Assembly (NCBI GenBank): GCA_965153285.1
Contig: OZ229117.1
From: Podarcis tiliguerta
Taxonomy: Eukaryota
Strand: one strand, 5' to 3'
DNA: 64,000 bases
Below the pieces are notes generated by a model. It saw only the letters and a program-made list of their open reading frames with translations. It did not search any database and was not told the origin of the DNA. Below, one piece after another: positions 13,631-27,262 of the stretch (position 1 is its first letter; every line of letters starts with the position of its first letter). The translations under genes were made by a program, and so were the position numbers.

Positions 13631-14931
13631 GATTAACCGATTAAACACTCTAACTTTTTTCCCCAGATACAGCCTGCTAAACGAGCATTAAACTGAATAC
13701 AGCATGCATTTGTTTTTTAAAAAGGTTGACATTAAAAAAGGTGGACAGCCTGTCAGAATGATGTAGGGATAATGTGCAAGAGACAATTGAGCCAGTATTG
13801 GAACGAGGAGTAAGTATGTGTCTCTCTTTTACAGTGAACACACAGGAAAGAAAAGCAGATACAACAGCTGCGCAAATGTGAGTTTTAAAACTGAAACTGC
13901 AATTTGGATTGTTCCTAAGATGCACCGTACTGGGAACTCCAAAGAGATCTCAAGGTCATCATCATTTTACATATGATTTTCATCCTGGTGCAAAGGGGAC
14001 GCCTGAAAAAGCATTAAGAGGCCACAGAAAGAGGCCTAGGTGGGATCGATTCCCAAATCTTTCTAGTCACCCACTCCACTTCACACCTCCTTCAACATCT
14101 GAGGATGTTTGAAATGAATTGGTTCCTAGTCCTAATGAGAATTCTAACACCAAATTCTTCTTGGTGTTTTTTTTCTTCAAAAAACACACCATTATGCTTA
14201 GTTTATCAGTAAGTGGGATGGATTGGTTCATTAACACATCAAAGGTACAGTATAGCTGCCAGTTTCTTTATCCAATGGACAGACCACCATCAACCATCAG
14301 AGCACCAGACAGTCATGGTAGGCAGCATGTTGCCCAGCTAAGTGCTTTGAAACAATGAACCAGAAATCAGCACAAAAAGCTCTGAAACTTTATTAAGCCC
14401 AGCTTGTTGTTTTATAGAACTGCTCCTTCTTTATTTGCCTTATGATAAAGAACAAACCTTCCCATCACTGCATTTAGCTTCCCCTGACTTGTTACTCATG
14501 CCCTCCACGCAAACAACAGCACAGCCAAGAGGCAGCGGTTTATAAATTATAATGCAATTCTGTCATGCACACGGTATTAATGTGCTTATTTTAAAAAACA
14601 AAAAACCTTGTCCTCTGCTATGATGAACTGTTGTTGGTATTAACCAGGATGTGGTGCGGAATTCATACTGATTTCCCATTTACTGCAAAACACTCCCTCA
14701 ATTTATTTTAAATGTCACTTCACCATATATTCATCAGGTATGCTGTAGAGGTGATTGTAATTAATTTCACATCGTACCGACATGGCTAGCATACGTAATC
14801 CTCAGGGAAGGGTACTAAGAGCACTTGCTTGTCTGCAAGCCAAGGCAGGCAGTGTGAACTCCAAATCAGTCTCTCTGTGATGGATAGAAAGATATAGAGA
14901 CAGACAGAGATGCAATCCATGTCTCTCTATA

Positions 14932-15000
14932 TCAGACATAGGCAAACTCGGCCCTCCAGATGTTTTGGGATTACAGCTCCCATCATCCTTGACCACTGGG
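14932..15000. mobile_element. Half copy of the palindromic hAT-like MITE
   Basis: ggcaaactcggccctccagatgttttgggattacagctcccatcatccttgaccactgg. Confidence 0.65.
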
Positions 15001-15101
15001 AGCATATAGTTAGAGCATATTGCCCAAGCTCCCACTCTCATTCATGGCACTTCGACTCACAACTCGATTATTCCCGAATACTTTATTCCATAAGTTAAGT
15101 G

Positions 15102-15421
15102 CAGGGGTCTGCAAACTTTTTCAGCAGGGGGCCGGTCCACTGTCCCTCAGACCTTGTAGGGGAGGACTATATTTTGAAGGGAAAAAAGAACAAATTCCCA
15201 TGCCCCCACAAATAACCCAGAGATGCATTTTAAATAAAAGCACACATTCTACTTATGTAAAAACACCAAGCAGGCCCAACAAATAACCCAGAGATGCATT
15301 TTCAATAAAAGGACACATTCTACTCATGTAAAAGCACGCTAATTCCCAGACCGTCCGTGGGCCGGATTTAGAAGGCGATTGGGCCAGATCCGGCCCCTGG
15401 GCCTTAATTTGCCTACCCATG
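15102..15421. mobile_element. hAT-like non-autonomous element with an internal ~65-70-bp duplication
   Basis: Ends caggggtctgcaaact ... aatttgcctacccatg; caaataacccagagatgcattt...cacattctact occurs twice; no clear 8-bp TSD. Confidence 0.7.
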
Positions 15422-16111
15422 AATTAGGGCATGGTTTAAACATAGCTCTAAGATACACAGATAGGCACAAGCTGAAAACTTTCTCTCAGCACTGGACATG
15501 CCCCTGGAGCGGTGTGGGTACAGGGCACGATTCATATCTCAAGAGAATGGATTGTGCAAGCAAGTAGGCTCTCCTGCGAGTGGGATGAACCTGTTCAGTG
15601 GCATATTTAACAGTGGTGGACCTTAGGGTCTCAAATTTCAGCAGCTCCCTCAACACCAGAATTTGGTGCCCCTACACCTCTCACACTCCATGTGCTTTTG
15701 TGACCAACATAACACACTCAGCCAACATATTTTTGATTGCCCTAAGCTCCTCTGATCTTATTACTAACATAAACCTTCTTCTCTGTTACCAAATAAAAAA
15801 CAAAGCTATCAATATAATAAAGGATCATTAATCTATTGCCTATTTGCTTGGAGATATCTTTAACTGAAGATTAGAAGAAAATTATTGTCTTGTCATCTTG
15901 GATGTCACACTTCTAGTTATTTTACTCACGTGTAAAATTCCATTTTGAAAAATTGTTGCCAGATAATGAAACTTTGGAAAATTGTATTTAAAATGTTACA
16001 GAGCATATTAACAATAGATGAAAATGAAAAATGGGTTGACATTTCCATGGAATTACTCAACATTTTGATTCTTTCTTACACATACACATAATTTGTCAAT
16101 TTAGCCATTGT

Positions 16112-16151
<40 letters not shown>

Positions 16152-16152
16152 T
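16112..16152. repeat. Compound (CT)n(GT)n microsatellite
   Basis: Read directly; about 360 nt into the intron after the 113-nt exon donor. Confidence 0.95.
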
Positions 16153-16407
16153 ACTGATAGATAAACAGATACAGTAGATGGAGTTTCTTTGTTGTTGTTT
16201 CTTAAAAAATGTAAGGAAAGCAGTATTGGTCTAATTTTAGATTCAAAGCAATAATATAGTTATATATTTCCCCCCCAAAAGCATTTATATACTAAAATAT
16301 TAGGGTGGTGAACAGTAATGTAAAACCACAAAAAACACACAATTAAAACCAGGACAGAACTGCAGCAAAATACAGGACAGAATACATAATGCACAGAATT
16401 ACCCTTA

Positions 16408-16662
<255 letters not shown>

Positions 16663-17040
16663 CTATTAAACATGTAGCGCAGAACCATCCTGTTACCAAC
16701 CTGCCCAACCATCTCCTGCCTTCCTTTTAGGTGAAGGTGTAATACAGCTTTATTCAGACTGCGGCACAGTCCTGACCTCTTGTCTTTCTCTGCACTACCT
16801 GGGCAACATGACTGCCACCCACAATGGTTGGGGCCCCTTTATAGCTGATCCTTTAAACTCTCCCCAGACCATAACCCTCCCCAGGCCACATCCCTCAGCA
16901 GCCCCTACTTTGCACTCTCTGTGGATGCTTTTGCCTGGATGGAATGTGCCCTTGAACTCTGATCATGTTTCTTGCTTGCCTGGAAGGAGAGAGAGAGGGA
17001 GGGGTCTGTGCGAGTGTGTGTAGAAACAAGGCAAAAATTA

Positions 17041-17300
17041 CTGTATTTTTTGCTCTATAAGACTCACTTTTCCCCTCCTAAAAAGTAAGGGGAAATGTGT
17101 GTGCGTCTTATGGGGCGAATGCAGGCTGTGCAGCTATCCCATGAAGCCAGAACAGCAAGAGGGATCGCTGCTTTCACTGTGCAGTGATCCCGCTTGTTGT
17201 TCTGGCTTCTGAGATTCAGAATATTTTTTTTCTTGTTTCCCTCCTCCAAAAACTAGGTGCGTCTTGTGGACTGGTGCGTCTTATGGAGCAAAAAATACAG
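17041..17300. mobile_element. Tc1/mariner (pogo/Tigger-like) MITE, family B, short form
   Basis: TA|ctgtattttttgctctataagac ... gtcttatggagcaaaaaatacag|TA; ends homologous to 57093-57786. Confidence 0.88.
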
Positions 17301-17940
17301 TACATTTATTGTTCCATCCACTTTTGCCCTTGTCCTCCCTCCCACTGGCATTTGGCCCCAGAAAGTGGTCCAGAAGGGAATCTACCCCTCAGAATGAAAA
17401 AAGATTGCCTACCCAAGAGCTACAGTAGATGAACAAAAAGGTTGACAATTACGGCAGCTTCATATGTTCATTCACACTGATAAAAAAAGCAACACTTATG
17501 TCTTTGCCGTCAAAGTAACTCATAGGGCAGGCTCAATGAGCTTGACAAAGGCTGACTCGATATGTGAATTAAAGATAATAGCTGGTGACATTCTGCAGGC
17601 CTCCTTGGTTTCATCCCTGAATGACTTTTCTTCCGCAGCTAGATGGCAATTGTTAATTTTATTAACACAGGTTTGTTCAGCAATCATTTCTGAACTGGCA
17701 TTACGATATCCCAGGTATTAATTCCCAGCTGTTCTATTGACACAGCTGGGAAATAGCTGATGTACATTTCTGACGAACAATTACAGTTTTATCTTCCAAT
17801 CCTATTGCCTCTCACCTGGCTAAGGCAATTTATTTTTTAAAAAAACTTTAAATGTGGATTTTAATTTAAAGTGCTCTCTCTCTCTCTCTCTCTTTGCTTT
17901 CATCAGCTTAAGACCTAAAATTATACTACATAAAAACACT

Positions 17941-18100
17941 GGAGAGAGGCAATAACTCAGTGGCAGAGCTTTGAACACAGAAGTTTCCAGGTCCAGTCCA
18001 CAGCAAGCAGGGCTGGTGGAAGGCACTGAAGACTCAGCCAGCCAGTGTAGGCAACACCAGGATAAAAGGACCCATAATCAGACTCAGGTGTAGGGACAAG
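17941..18100 (+). mobile_element. Squam2-like SINE, degenerate
   Basis: ataactcagtggcagagc...ccagccagtgtaggcaacacc...gactcag is homologous to the 36135 copy. Confidence 0.6.
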
Positions 18101-19230
18101 GGAAAAATTCATTTGGTCCACTTTTCCCAGTGGGCTGACCCAACACAATGCTACCAAACTTCTTTCTGGACTGGAACACGGCTCTTTGTCGGATAACCCT
18201 CTTCAGCGTATTTCATGATGCAGCTTCGGTGTGAAAAATGTGTGCACCCCTTGCTAAATAAAAGATGCCCACAAAAAACAGAAAATTGTGTGTTTTTATG
18301 TAAAAGGAGCTGCACAGGCAATTTATGTCCACACTTTTAATGTGTTCCTTCAAAAAGTCCACACAAATTGAGGTTAAGCATCAGTGAGACTGACAAAGGA
18401 CAGAATTACTTGTTCTGTTCACCGCCTACCTAGAATAAAGCAGTTCCCTAGGTTTGTTGGTTGGTTTATTACATATATACACCACCCTGCATTCAAGGAT
18501 CACAGGGTGGTTTGTAGTATGAAACACAAAAATACATAACATAATAGCAAACAAAGCAACACCTCAGTTGAAAAGCTGTAGGTTGCTAATTAGTCAAAGG
18601 CCTGGGAGAAAAAGAGTTTATTTTTTTCTGCTATTCTTGTTTTTTCTATTATATTTTGTTCTGCTGTTTAAATTGTGTGGTGTTTTCTTTTTTCTTTTTT
18701 TAAAAAGTTAACTCTCTCATTTTGACTACAGCTTAAGAGGAAGACAGAAACTATGTTCCTTCAGAACCATAGCTCTCATTTAAAGTTATTTTCCCATAGT
18801 CATATAGTCCAGGGTTTGTCAACTATTTTAGGCCCATGGACACATATACAAACCACAGAAACTGTTATGTCCTCCCCCACAACCAAGTACACACCACAAC
18901 CTGCTGCATCTTTCAAGCCTAATTCAGCAGGGGGCTGTGGCAGCAGAGAAGGCCTCTGAGGTCACAGGTGTGCCCACGAGCACCACCCTGGCAACGCAAT
19001 ATATATTATATGTGTCTGCAGTTGGCAAGGCAGTGCCTGCGAATACCACAGCACCCCCAGACTTCTCACTTGGTGCCATTTACACTTAATAAAAGTTTGC
19101 TGGATTGTAACAAAGTCTCCATTGTACCAAAGTTGGACTTTGGGGTACACATGACCTTCCTAAACTAGAGTACTCCCTGACAGGTTCTGTTAAGGCTGCC
19201 TGAAGCCCAGTTCCCAATATCAAGCTCTTA

Positions 19231-19627
19231 GGGGAGTGGGTGGCACTGTGGTCTAAACCACTGAGCCTCTTAGGCTTCCTGATCAGAAGGTCAGTGGTTC
19301 AAATCCCCGCAATGGAGTGAGCTCCCATTGCTCTGTTTCCAGCTTCTGCCAACCTGGCAGTTCAAAAGCACACCAGTGCAAGTAGATAAATAGGTACCAC
19401 TCCGGCAGGAAGGTAAATGGCATTTCCATGCACTCTGGCTTCTGTCACAGTGTTCCGTTGCGTCAGAAGCAGTTTGGTCATGCTGGCCACATGACCCGGA
19501 AAGCTGACTGTGGACAAATGCCAGCTCCTTCAGCCTGAAGCGAGATGAGCGCCACAACCCCATAGTCACCTTTGACTGGACTTAACCATCCAGGGGGCTG
19601 GATTTAACTGTCCTTTACCTTTTTACT
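19231..19627 (+). mobile_element. Sauria SINE
   Basis: tRNA-like head ggtggcactgtggtctaaacc...ggttcaaatccc and tail cctttacctttttac; TSD aagctctta at 19222-19230 and 19628-19636. Confidence 0.92.
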
Positions 19628-20587
19628 AAGCTCTTAATTAGATAAAGATATGACCAACTGCCACAAATACATCACCTTAATAGCATGGGGTATGAGAATC
19701 TACCAGTGCTCACATCCTCCATTCTTAAATTTTCACCCTCCAGATACACACATCAACTCATATCACAGGTGAAATAGGGGGGAGCACATTGACCTCCATT
19801 AGTTGCTAAAGCAACACACAGGTACACACTTGTAGATTCAAGAATATTGTAAGCGGGAAAATATTCTTGTCAATAAAGTGGGTTTCTTAGTAACATCTAT
19901 GTCATATTGTCATGGAAAGCTTATCAACACCCCCTCCCCCCACATCCTTCAAACAACCTGAGAAAAGCATTATGCAGTACACTCACTTCCCCTTGCAATG
20001 AGCATTGTAGTAGTGATTACAATTGGACTATATAGCAGACAGCTACAGCACAAGTGGTTCAAATCTCATGGTGAGTGTGACAGGACAGAGCACATAGTCA
20101 TGTTTGCTATGCGGCAGCAAAGAAAGCTTACTTCTCTGTCTCCAATGCACCCAGCTCAGCAGCACATTGCAAGAGTTTTGCAAAAACTTTGAGGGTAAAG
20201 TCCATCTCACCCATTCCAAACTTGATGCCACAATTAAGCAGGTCTGGTGGAGGTGTTTAGGCAACCATCTGGTCAGAGTGTGGCAGTTCAGGTGCCTGGC
20301 TGGCATTCTCTTGTGCCATTGGTTTGATCTCTGTGCAACGGCTGTGGTCTGTTTAACTTCCATTATTATATTTGTCCATTCTTACAAATACTGTAATAGG
20401 TTAAGATCTGGTGAAGCGCAATAACAACTTTGTAAAGTATATAGTTTTGGGTTTTCCCCCCTCTCCCCTTTATTTTTCCTTCTGTACGGGTGCTGTTTCT
20501 CTTTTTCTTTCTCTCTCTTTTATTTACAGCTTACCATGTTTAGTGCACATATAACTATGTACTTTCTGAACTTTCAATAAAGATGTT

Positions 20588-20610
20588 ACACACACACACA
20601 CACACACACA
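20588..20610. repeat. (AC)n microsatellite
   Basis: Read directly. Confidence 0.95.
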
Positions 20611-23020
20611 TATTGTTCTGTACTGCTGGTGAAGAAGGCATCATGGTAGAAGGCAATTCACGTTTTGCCTAAAGTGGAAATTGAAGCAAACTTGTGGGTT
20701 CTGCTTGAAGCAAAACACTTGAGAAATTTTGAGGGAGTTTTGTTACAGCTATTAAAAAATTCCAGGAGTATTTTTTTTCAAATATATTACTGAATTATAT
20801 CTATAGTTAAATATGAGACATATTCAAAGGTTCTCGCTTATATTATGCATGTGAATAATTCCAAGGGAAATCAAGAGTTCTAATTAAGTCTAGCAAAATG
20901 CACTTCTCCTGTATTTAATATAGAGAGATATCCTGTCATATCACAAAATATAATATAGGCTATAAGTGTCCCCTTTTCCTTTCTCTAAGTCTAAAACTTC
21001 TCTGTGATAACACAGAATCCATTACCCCTTTTTCTGATATGGTTCTCATCATCAATTCAATCAACACCAGTTACTGCTCCTGGTGACTAACCTATTAAAA
21101 GCCAGAAGGCCAGGGAACTCTCTCCAAACTTTTCCGACTTCCTCTAATGAAAATCCAGTGGAATGCACCATTTAACCTGGCATTAAATTACTCTACCTCA
21201 TAGTCCAGTGCATTTACTTGCACCAAATTTAAATGTCGCCTATTAATGAGAATTTCCCCATCAAATTAGCTTTTCTCTTGCTTTTAACCATATGCAGTTA
21301 ATATGATATGGGGTCTTGTGGGGGAAAGCAGCACAAGGCTACCTACTCTAGGAAAAACTGCAAAGTTGGAAGAAAACATCTTTTTAAAGAGAAGCAAAAC
21401 AGATACTAAATGTTTTGAAACATTTATAATCCACATATTAATTAAGCAGCAGACCTCTCAGCATTCATTCAGTAATGAAGACTAACCAGAGATCCTTTCC
21501 AGAAATGAACAGCAAAATAAATTTTCTGAGTTTTTCCTTCATTAATTTGCAATTCACGTCTCACTATCTGTGAACTGCATACAGCAGAACTATGGCTGTG
21601 CCAAATGTTTGCCCATTTCAGTCTTCAGGATGAAAGATGTGCTTTGGAAAGGGAGCTGAAATTTCCCTTGAAAAACCACTTGTACCTTGGTGTGTTTGTT
21701 TTTGGTGACTGTTCCCAGTCATCATGTCCCCTTTTCTCCATTGTTGGCTTAGAAGCAGAATTGTAGAGCTGCCCCCAGTAAAACTGGGAGCGAGGGCAAA
21801 AGCCAGCACTCTCAGAGGACCATTGGACTAAGACCATTAGACTCATTCCCATCTCCCCAGGGCAGCTCTTCAAATCTGCCTATAGCCAAGCAAATATTTA
21901 TATCATATCATATTATCTATCTATCTATCTTTGTCTTGTATGTATGATACTATATTATGAGTATTATGGAACTTATTTCCCAATCTTCCTCCCAAAGGAG
22001 TCCAGGCCAGCAAATAACAAGCAATACAACAATAAAAACATATTTAAAGCAATCCCAATATAGACCCATGCTGGGAAAGACCTCTACCTAAAAGTTTTGT
22101 TGGAAAGTCTACAGAAGGTGCCAAAAAGAAAACAGAGGCGACACCTAATATTTTAAAGGAGGGAATCCCAAAGGGTTGGTGCAATAAAGGTTTGGTTCCT
22201 GCATGGTGCAGAAGAGAGCTCCTGGTTAAATGGAATCTAGGAGAGGTCTTCACCTGCAGAGCACAGTGATGAATTGGGTATATAAGGGGTGAGATGGCCT
22301 TTCGGGTGATCCAGCCCCAAGCAATTTACAGCTTCATAGAGCAAAATCAGCACCATGAACTTAGACCAACAGCTAATTGGCAGAGATATGTCTTGTTGCT
22401 TTCTCAGGGACCTGTTTTGAAAAGCTCACACACTTACACACAAATTCTGAGTGTAGAACAAAGACTACCCCTACAAGAGACTCTCTTGGCCAGACAATTC
22501 CAGCAGGTGGGATGTTACCCTCCCATTTCCCAAGGGGCAGAGTGAATATTGGAAACAATGTTATCCAATATTATTTTGTCAGAAGCTGAAGATCTGCACC
22601 CAGAAAAAAATGGGGATGAGGAGAAAAGCCGCTGGGTCAGAGACATTTACAGAAGATGTAGTCAAAAGACAGGCTGGTGGTTGGTTAAACAAAAGCTAAA
22701 GCGCTGGAGGCAGGAATGACGTCAGATATAGGCTGGATAACAGGTATGAGGGAAGAGAAGGCAGCAGGAGATTGCTACCACTATGCATAAAGATGAGTTA
22801 CTCAGACTAACATGATTTGGAGCAGAGGTTATATAGAGTTATATATAGCCAGCCCGCCCATATCGACTCTTCAAATAACTTGGCCCTGGCTGAGCTGTAG
22901 GACTGCAGATCCAGCTCTAGCCATCATATGGGTGTTGTTGTAGCCTAATAGAGACTGGGCCTGTACAGCTGCACTCACAGTGATACTCCGAGGGGACTGA
23001 ATGCCTTCAAAGCTTTGTTC

Positions 23021-23143
23021 CAAAGATGGGGAACCTGTGGTCCTCCAGATGTTGTGGGACTCTGACTTCCATCAGTCCTAGCTAGCAACAACCAAGTGCC
23101 AGAGGTGACAGGAGGACATCTGGAGGGTCATAGTTCCCCATCT
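23021..23143. mobile_element. Palindromic hAT-like MITE (degenerate)
   Basis: agatggggaacctgtggtcctccagatgt ... acatctggagggtcatagttccccatct. Confidence 0.65.
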
Positions 23144-23418
23144 GGTTCTGCCACACTGGGTGCTAAGTCTAGGAGCACCTAAGGGAGTCACAACTATTAT
23201 GTAGTGAATTAAACAGAATGGAAGGTGAGAGGCAGAGGGGGAGGCACCAAATTTTGGCTTTGCACAGGGCGCTGCTGAAATTTGAAATTCCAAAGTCCAC
23301 CCCGATCCAGGCCCCACTGCTTCCCCTCTCGTGCTTTTCTCGTGTATTTTTATTTTTGCCTGGTCGGAATGCTATCTTGGACTCTGATTATGTCATTTGC
23401 TTGTCCCTATGGAGAGCA

Positions 23419-23789
23419 GGATGCAGGTAGCACTAGGACGTGGGTGGCGCTGTGGGTTAAACCACAGAGCCTAGGACTTGCCAATCGGAAGGTTGGTGGT
23501 TCGAATCCCCGTGACGGGGTGAGCTCCCGTTGCTCGGTCCCTGCTCCTGCCAACCTAGCAGTTCAAAAGCACGTCAAAGTGCAAGTAGATAAATAGGTAC
23601 CGCTTCGGCGGGAACGTAAATGGCGTTTTTGTGCGCTGCTCTGGTTCGCCAAAAGCTGCTTAGTCATGCTAGCCACATGACTCGGAAGCTGTACGCCGGC
23701 TCCCTTGGCCAATAAAGCGAGATGAGCGCCACAACCCCAGAGTCGGTCACGACTGGACCTAATGGTCAGGGGTCCCTTTACCTTTACCT
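23419..23789 (+). mobile_element. Sauria SINE with duplicated 17-bp head
   Basis: Near-consensus SINE body and tail cctttacctttacct; TSD tatggagagca at 23408-23418 and 23790-23800. Confidence 0.92.
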
Positions 23790-24301
23790 TATGGAGAGCA
23801 AAAAGAGGTATGTGATGAGTGTGAACCAGCCTACTGTGCAAAAGTAAAATTGACATTCTACCTGCTTTTGCTTCTAACTCTGCTCATGTGTTCCTTAGAA
23901 GGCTGTAGAAAAGGGAATATGTCCCTTTGGCTGAAAAAGGCTCCCCATCCCTGCTTTAAATGCAACTCTGCTCCCCTCCATAAAGAGATGGCACACCGAT
24001 TGCCAATGCACTGGCTGCCAGTGGTGAAATTGAGGAAAACCTCATGTCAGAAGTGGCATTTTGTAGCACAGCCAAAAGTTTTCACTATAAGTTTTGATGA
24101 CTTCCATTTTTCTCAAAGGTTTTTTTTTTTTTGCCCCCTAGTTGTTACTTTGAATTTTTAATACTACAAGCCATTACAATGAGATTTGTAGAGTGACATT
24201 ATTTTATATTGGCAGAATAATAATTGATATCTTAAATAACCTCATTAATCAAGAAGGAAAATTAGCTCGGTGCGGAAGCGAAGCAAAATTCTGCTGCACT
24301 G

Positions 24302-24311
24302 CCTTATATGG
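24302..24311. promoter_or_regulatory. Perfect CArG box (CCTTATATGG), candidate SRF site
   Basis: Exact CC(A/T)6GG match within repeat-free sequence; function untested. Confidence 0.35.
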
Positions 24312-24695
24312 AATCAGTTAAAGGGCAGTGCTGTCTGCCAGGCTGAGCTTAGGAACACTACACGGATGGTTGTCCTTTAAATCTCTGCTCCCAGGAGGCA
24401 GACACGGTGCTCTGGGCCACACAAAGCCCAGCCAACTTCAAATTATATTGTTATGACACACTAAGGCAAAGGCTTTGTGTAGGTTTTTGAAGCCATTTGT
24501 CTTTATTTGATGGCATTCAATCCCTGTCCCAATGATTAGGCTAATCCTTCCAGTTGATTTTCCACGCAAAAGACAAATGAAAGAGAGAGCCAAACATGGG
24601 GCTAGAGTATAATCAAGAATTCTGTGTAATGCATAGTTCCTCAGAGTGTGGAAAGGGATCCACACATGTTGAAAGCTTGAAAGTCATTGTCCTGG

Positions 24696-24830
24696 CAGAG
24701 ATGCGTCAAACCTGTGGCCCTTCAGATGCTGTTAGATTACAACTCCCGTCATCTCTGCCCATTAGCTGTGTGAGCCTGGACTAATGGGAGTTGGGAGTCC
24801 AACCGTATCCAGAGAGCCAAAGGCAGCCAC
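24696..24830. mobile_element. Palindromic hAT-like MITE (degenerate)
   Basis: aacctgtggcccttcagatgctgttagattacaactccc ... gggagttgggagtccaac. Confidence 0.55.
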
Positions 24831-27262
24831 CAGGATCACAGGGTCACATTCTACCTAAAGGACAAAGGATGATCTTGCCTGCTCTCAAGCACCTGAAACC
24901 CTTGTGCAAGTGCCAGTGACATGTGTCCCCTGCCACAACAGACATCCAAGTGTTTTCACTGGTAAAATATAGATTAACTAATTAGAGCAGATCTTACTAA
25001 CCATTGCAGATGTCAGTAATCTGGAAGGCCCGATTTACAACCTGGGCACAGTAATTCCAATTCTGAAGACAATTGTGGGGTAGGGAAATTATCAGTGGTT
25101 GAATGTGCAACTGCACGCACAGGTTAGCAGGAATTTATGAACAGGGGTTCACATCCAATTGTGCATCTTACTCAAAGCAATGAAATGCATCTACATTTGG
25201 ATGTGCATCCAGATGTGCACTAAAAGCAATGGACACCATTGAGATATCAATGTGTATTCCCATAGCCCTTCCTATTTACACACAAGCATGGATTTCTAAG
25301 ACACTTTGTAGAGTTTCCATGGATATCTCAGGTCATAGGTGAGAAACTCCATGGAAATGAAGGGAAAGGATTTGCATATCCCTATAGGCCATTCACCCAA
25401 ACATTTTCAGGTTTCCAATGCAAAAACAAATGAACAAACAAATAGTCATCTCTTCCTTTCCTTTATTTATTAAAAAACCTATTAGTTCTACAAGTTAGGG
25501 AGGAAACAGGCTCATTGCACTTATAGTAGAAATGAGAGATGGTGGAGCCAGTGCATTGGTATGATTTATGACCAAAATCAGGCCTCCTTTAATTTCAAGT
25601 CAAGCTGCACAGAGATCTCTGAACCAACACCTTCCAACATGGACATGTTGCAAGAAAAACACAGCAAGCCATGTACTTGTTCCTTTCAGTACACACAGAG
25701 AATGTACAACTGTGAGTCAATGCAGCTGCTAACGTGAGCCAAGTTAATCCTCTTTCATCCTATGCCCGTCTCTCAACCTTCCACTTCACTTCCCGAAAGC
25801 TCGACTTGAGACCCTCTTCTTACATGAAGTTTGTTTCCAAGGGAGTGTTTCTGGAATGAATCCCATAAAGGAAGACATGCATGCAAAACAATCCTGTTAT
25901 GGCAGAATTGGATATTATCTGGACCGTTTTGAGAATTTCCATATCCTTCCTGGAAAATCCACTTGAATGAACAATGTACAGAACTTGCCCCAAAGCATTT
26001 TAATCATTTCCCATGAAACTCTTTTGGCTTTCTTAATAATTTGATTTTGCCTTAGGTGCAATTTTGGTGGCAGGTCATGATTACTTTGGTCGCACCTTTC
26101 CCCACGTCAGTTGCTGCCACTGTTGTAATTATTCTACACATACTCCCCTTTGAATGCAACTCTCTACAAGGTAACTGACCCTAAGTACTCTAAAAAAACA
26201 ACAACCATGAATTCAATTTGAACTGATCCCTTATATCTATCTATTATACATAAAGAACCTAGGAATGTGGAACATTCCTATCTTTCCATGTATGACCACA
26301 GCAGTGATGTAAAAATACAAAGAAGTGAGAAAGGAAGCACAAACAGAAGTCAACAACACATATCACATCCCCACCTCATGCCTTAATCTCTTCTCTAATT
26401 TTAGGTGTGATTTGTTTATTCTTCATTATTTGTTTAATTGTCATTTTTCCCTCCTTTCTTTGCATCAAACCCCAAAGCAAATATGGAATGGAATAAATAA
26501 AGCACCTGAATGTCAATATTGCAGACAACCCCCTTTAACCTCCACCTTGTTTTTCCATGCACCAAAAGCAATGTATCAAACTGCCCTCTTGCTTACTAGT
26601 CTGACATTGATAATAAACACTCTATTAACCAAATAACATGGGCTTGTCTCTTGGATGGGTCTTTGCATTCAGTTTAAATGTATCTGGGGGGGAAACCTTC
26701 CTAGACAAGACAGCACCCTCAGCCAGGGATCTCAGACTACACAGTCTTCACATATTCTGAATACTCTGAATATCAATAAACCACATTTTCATATTGCATA
26801 ATCAGGGAAGTTAAAAAGCATGCACTGTCTCTGATGCCTATCACTTTTCCACCATACAGAATACTAGGTTGCTTCCTCAGTTCAAATCATGATGATCAAA
26901 GGCAGGTTTATGCAAAAAGAACATGTGACCATAACCCCAAAATGGCTAACTAACCAAGGTTTTGGTTAAGCATTATGAAGCAACAAATAAATCTGATAGG
27001 ATCTGACAAATTTCTGGCCTCGCATGGACTGACATCCGAAACAAGGTGCCCTAGGGACAGAAACTGAGACAAGGGGGAGAATTGCTCATGATTAAATCCA
27101 GGCTGGGCAAAGACACATCAGAACTGGCAACACTTCCACCATGTGTGGAACACGACAATAACACCATGGTATAATAATATGCAGATTAGCTTGGCATTCA
27201 TACAAAAACTGATGGATTGGGTGGATTTGGGTCTGATCAAGGAATATCGATACTTAAAAGTA

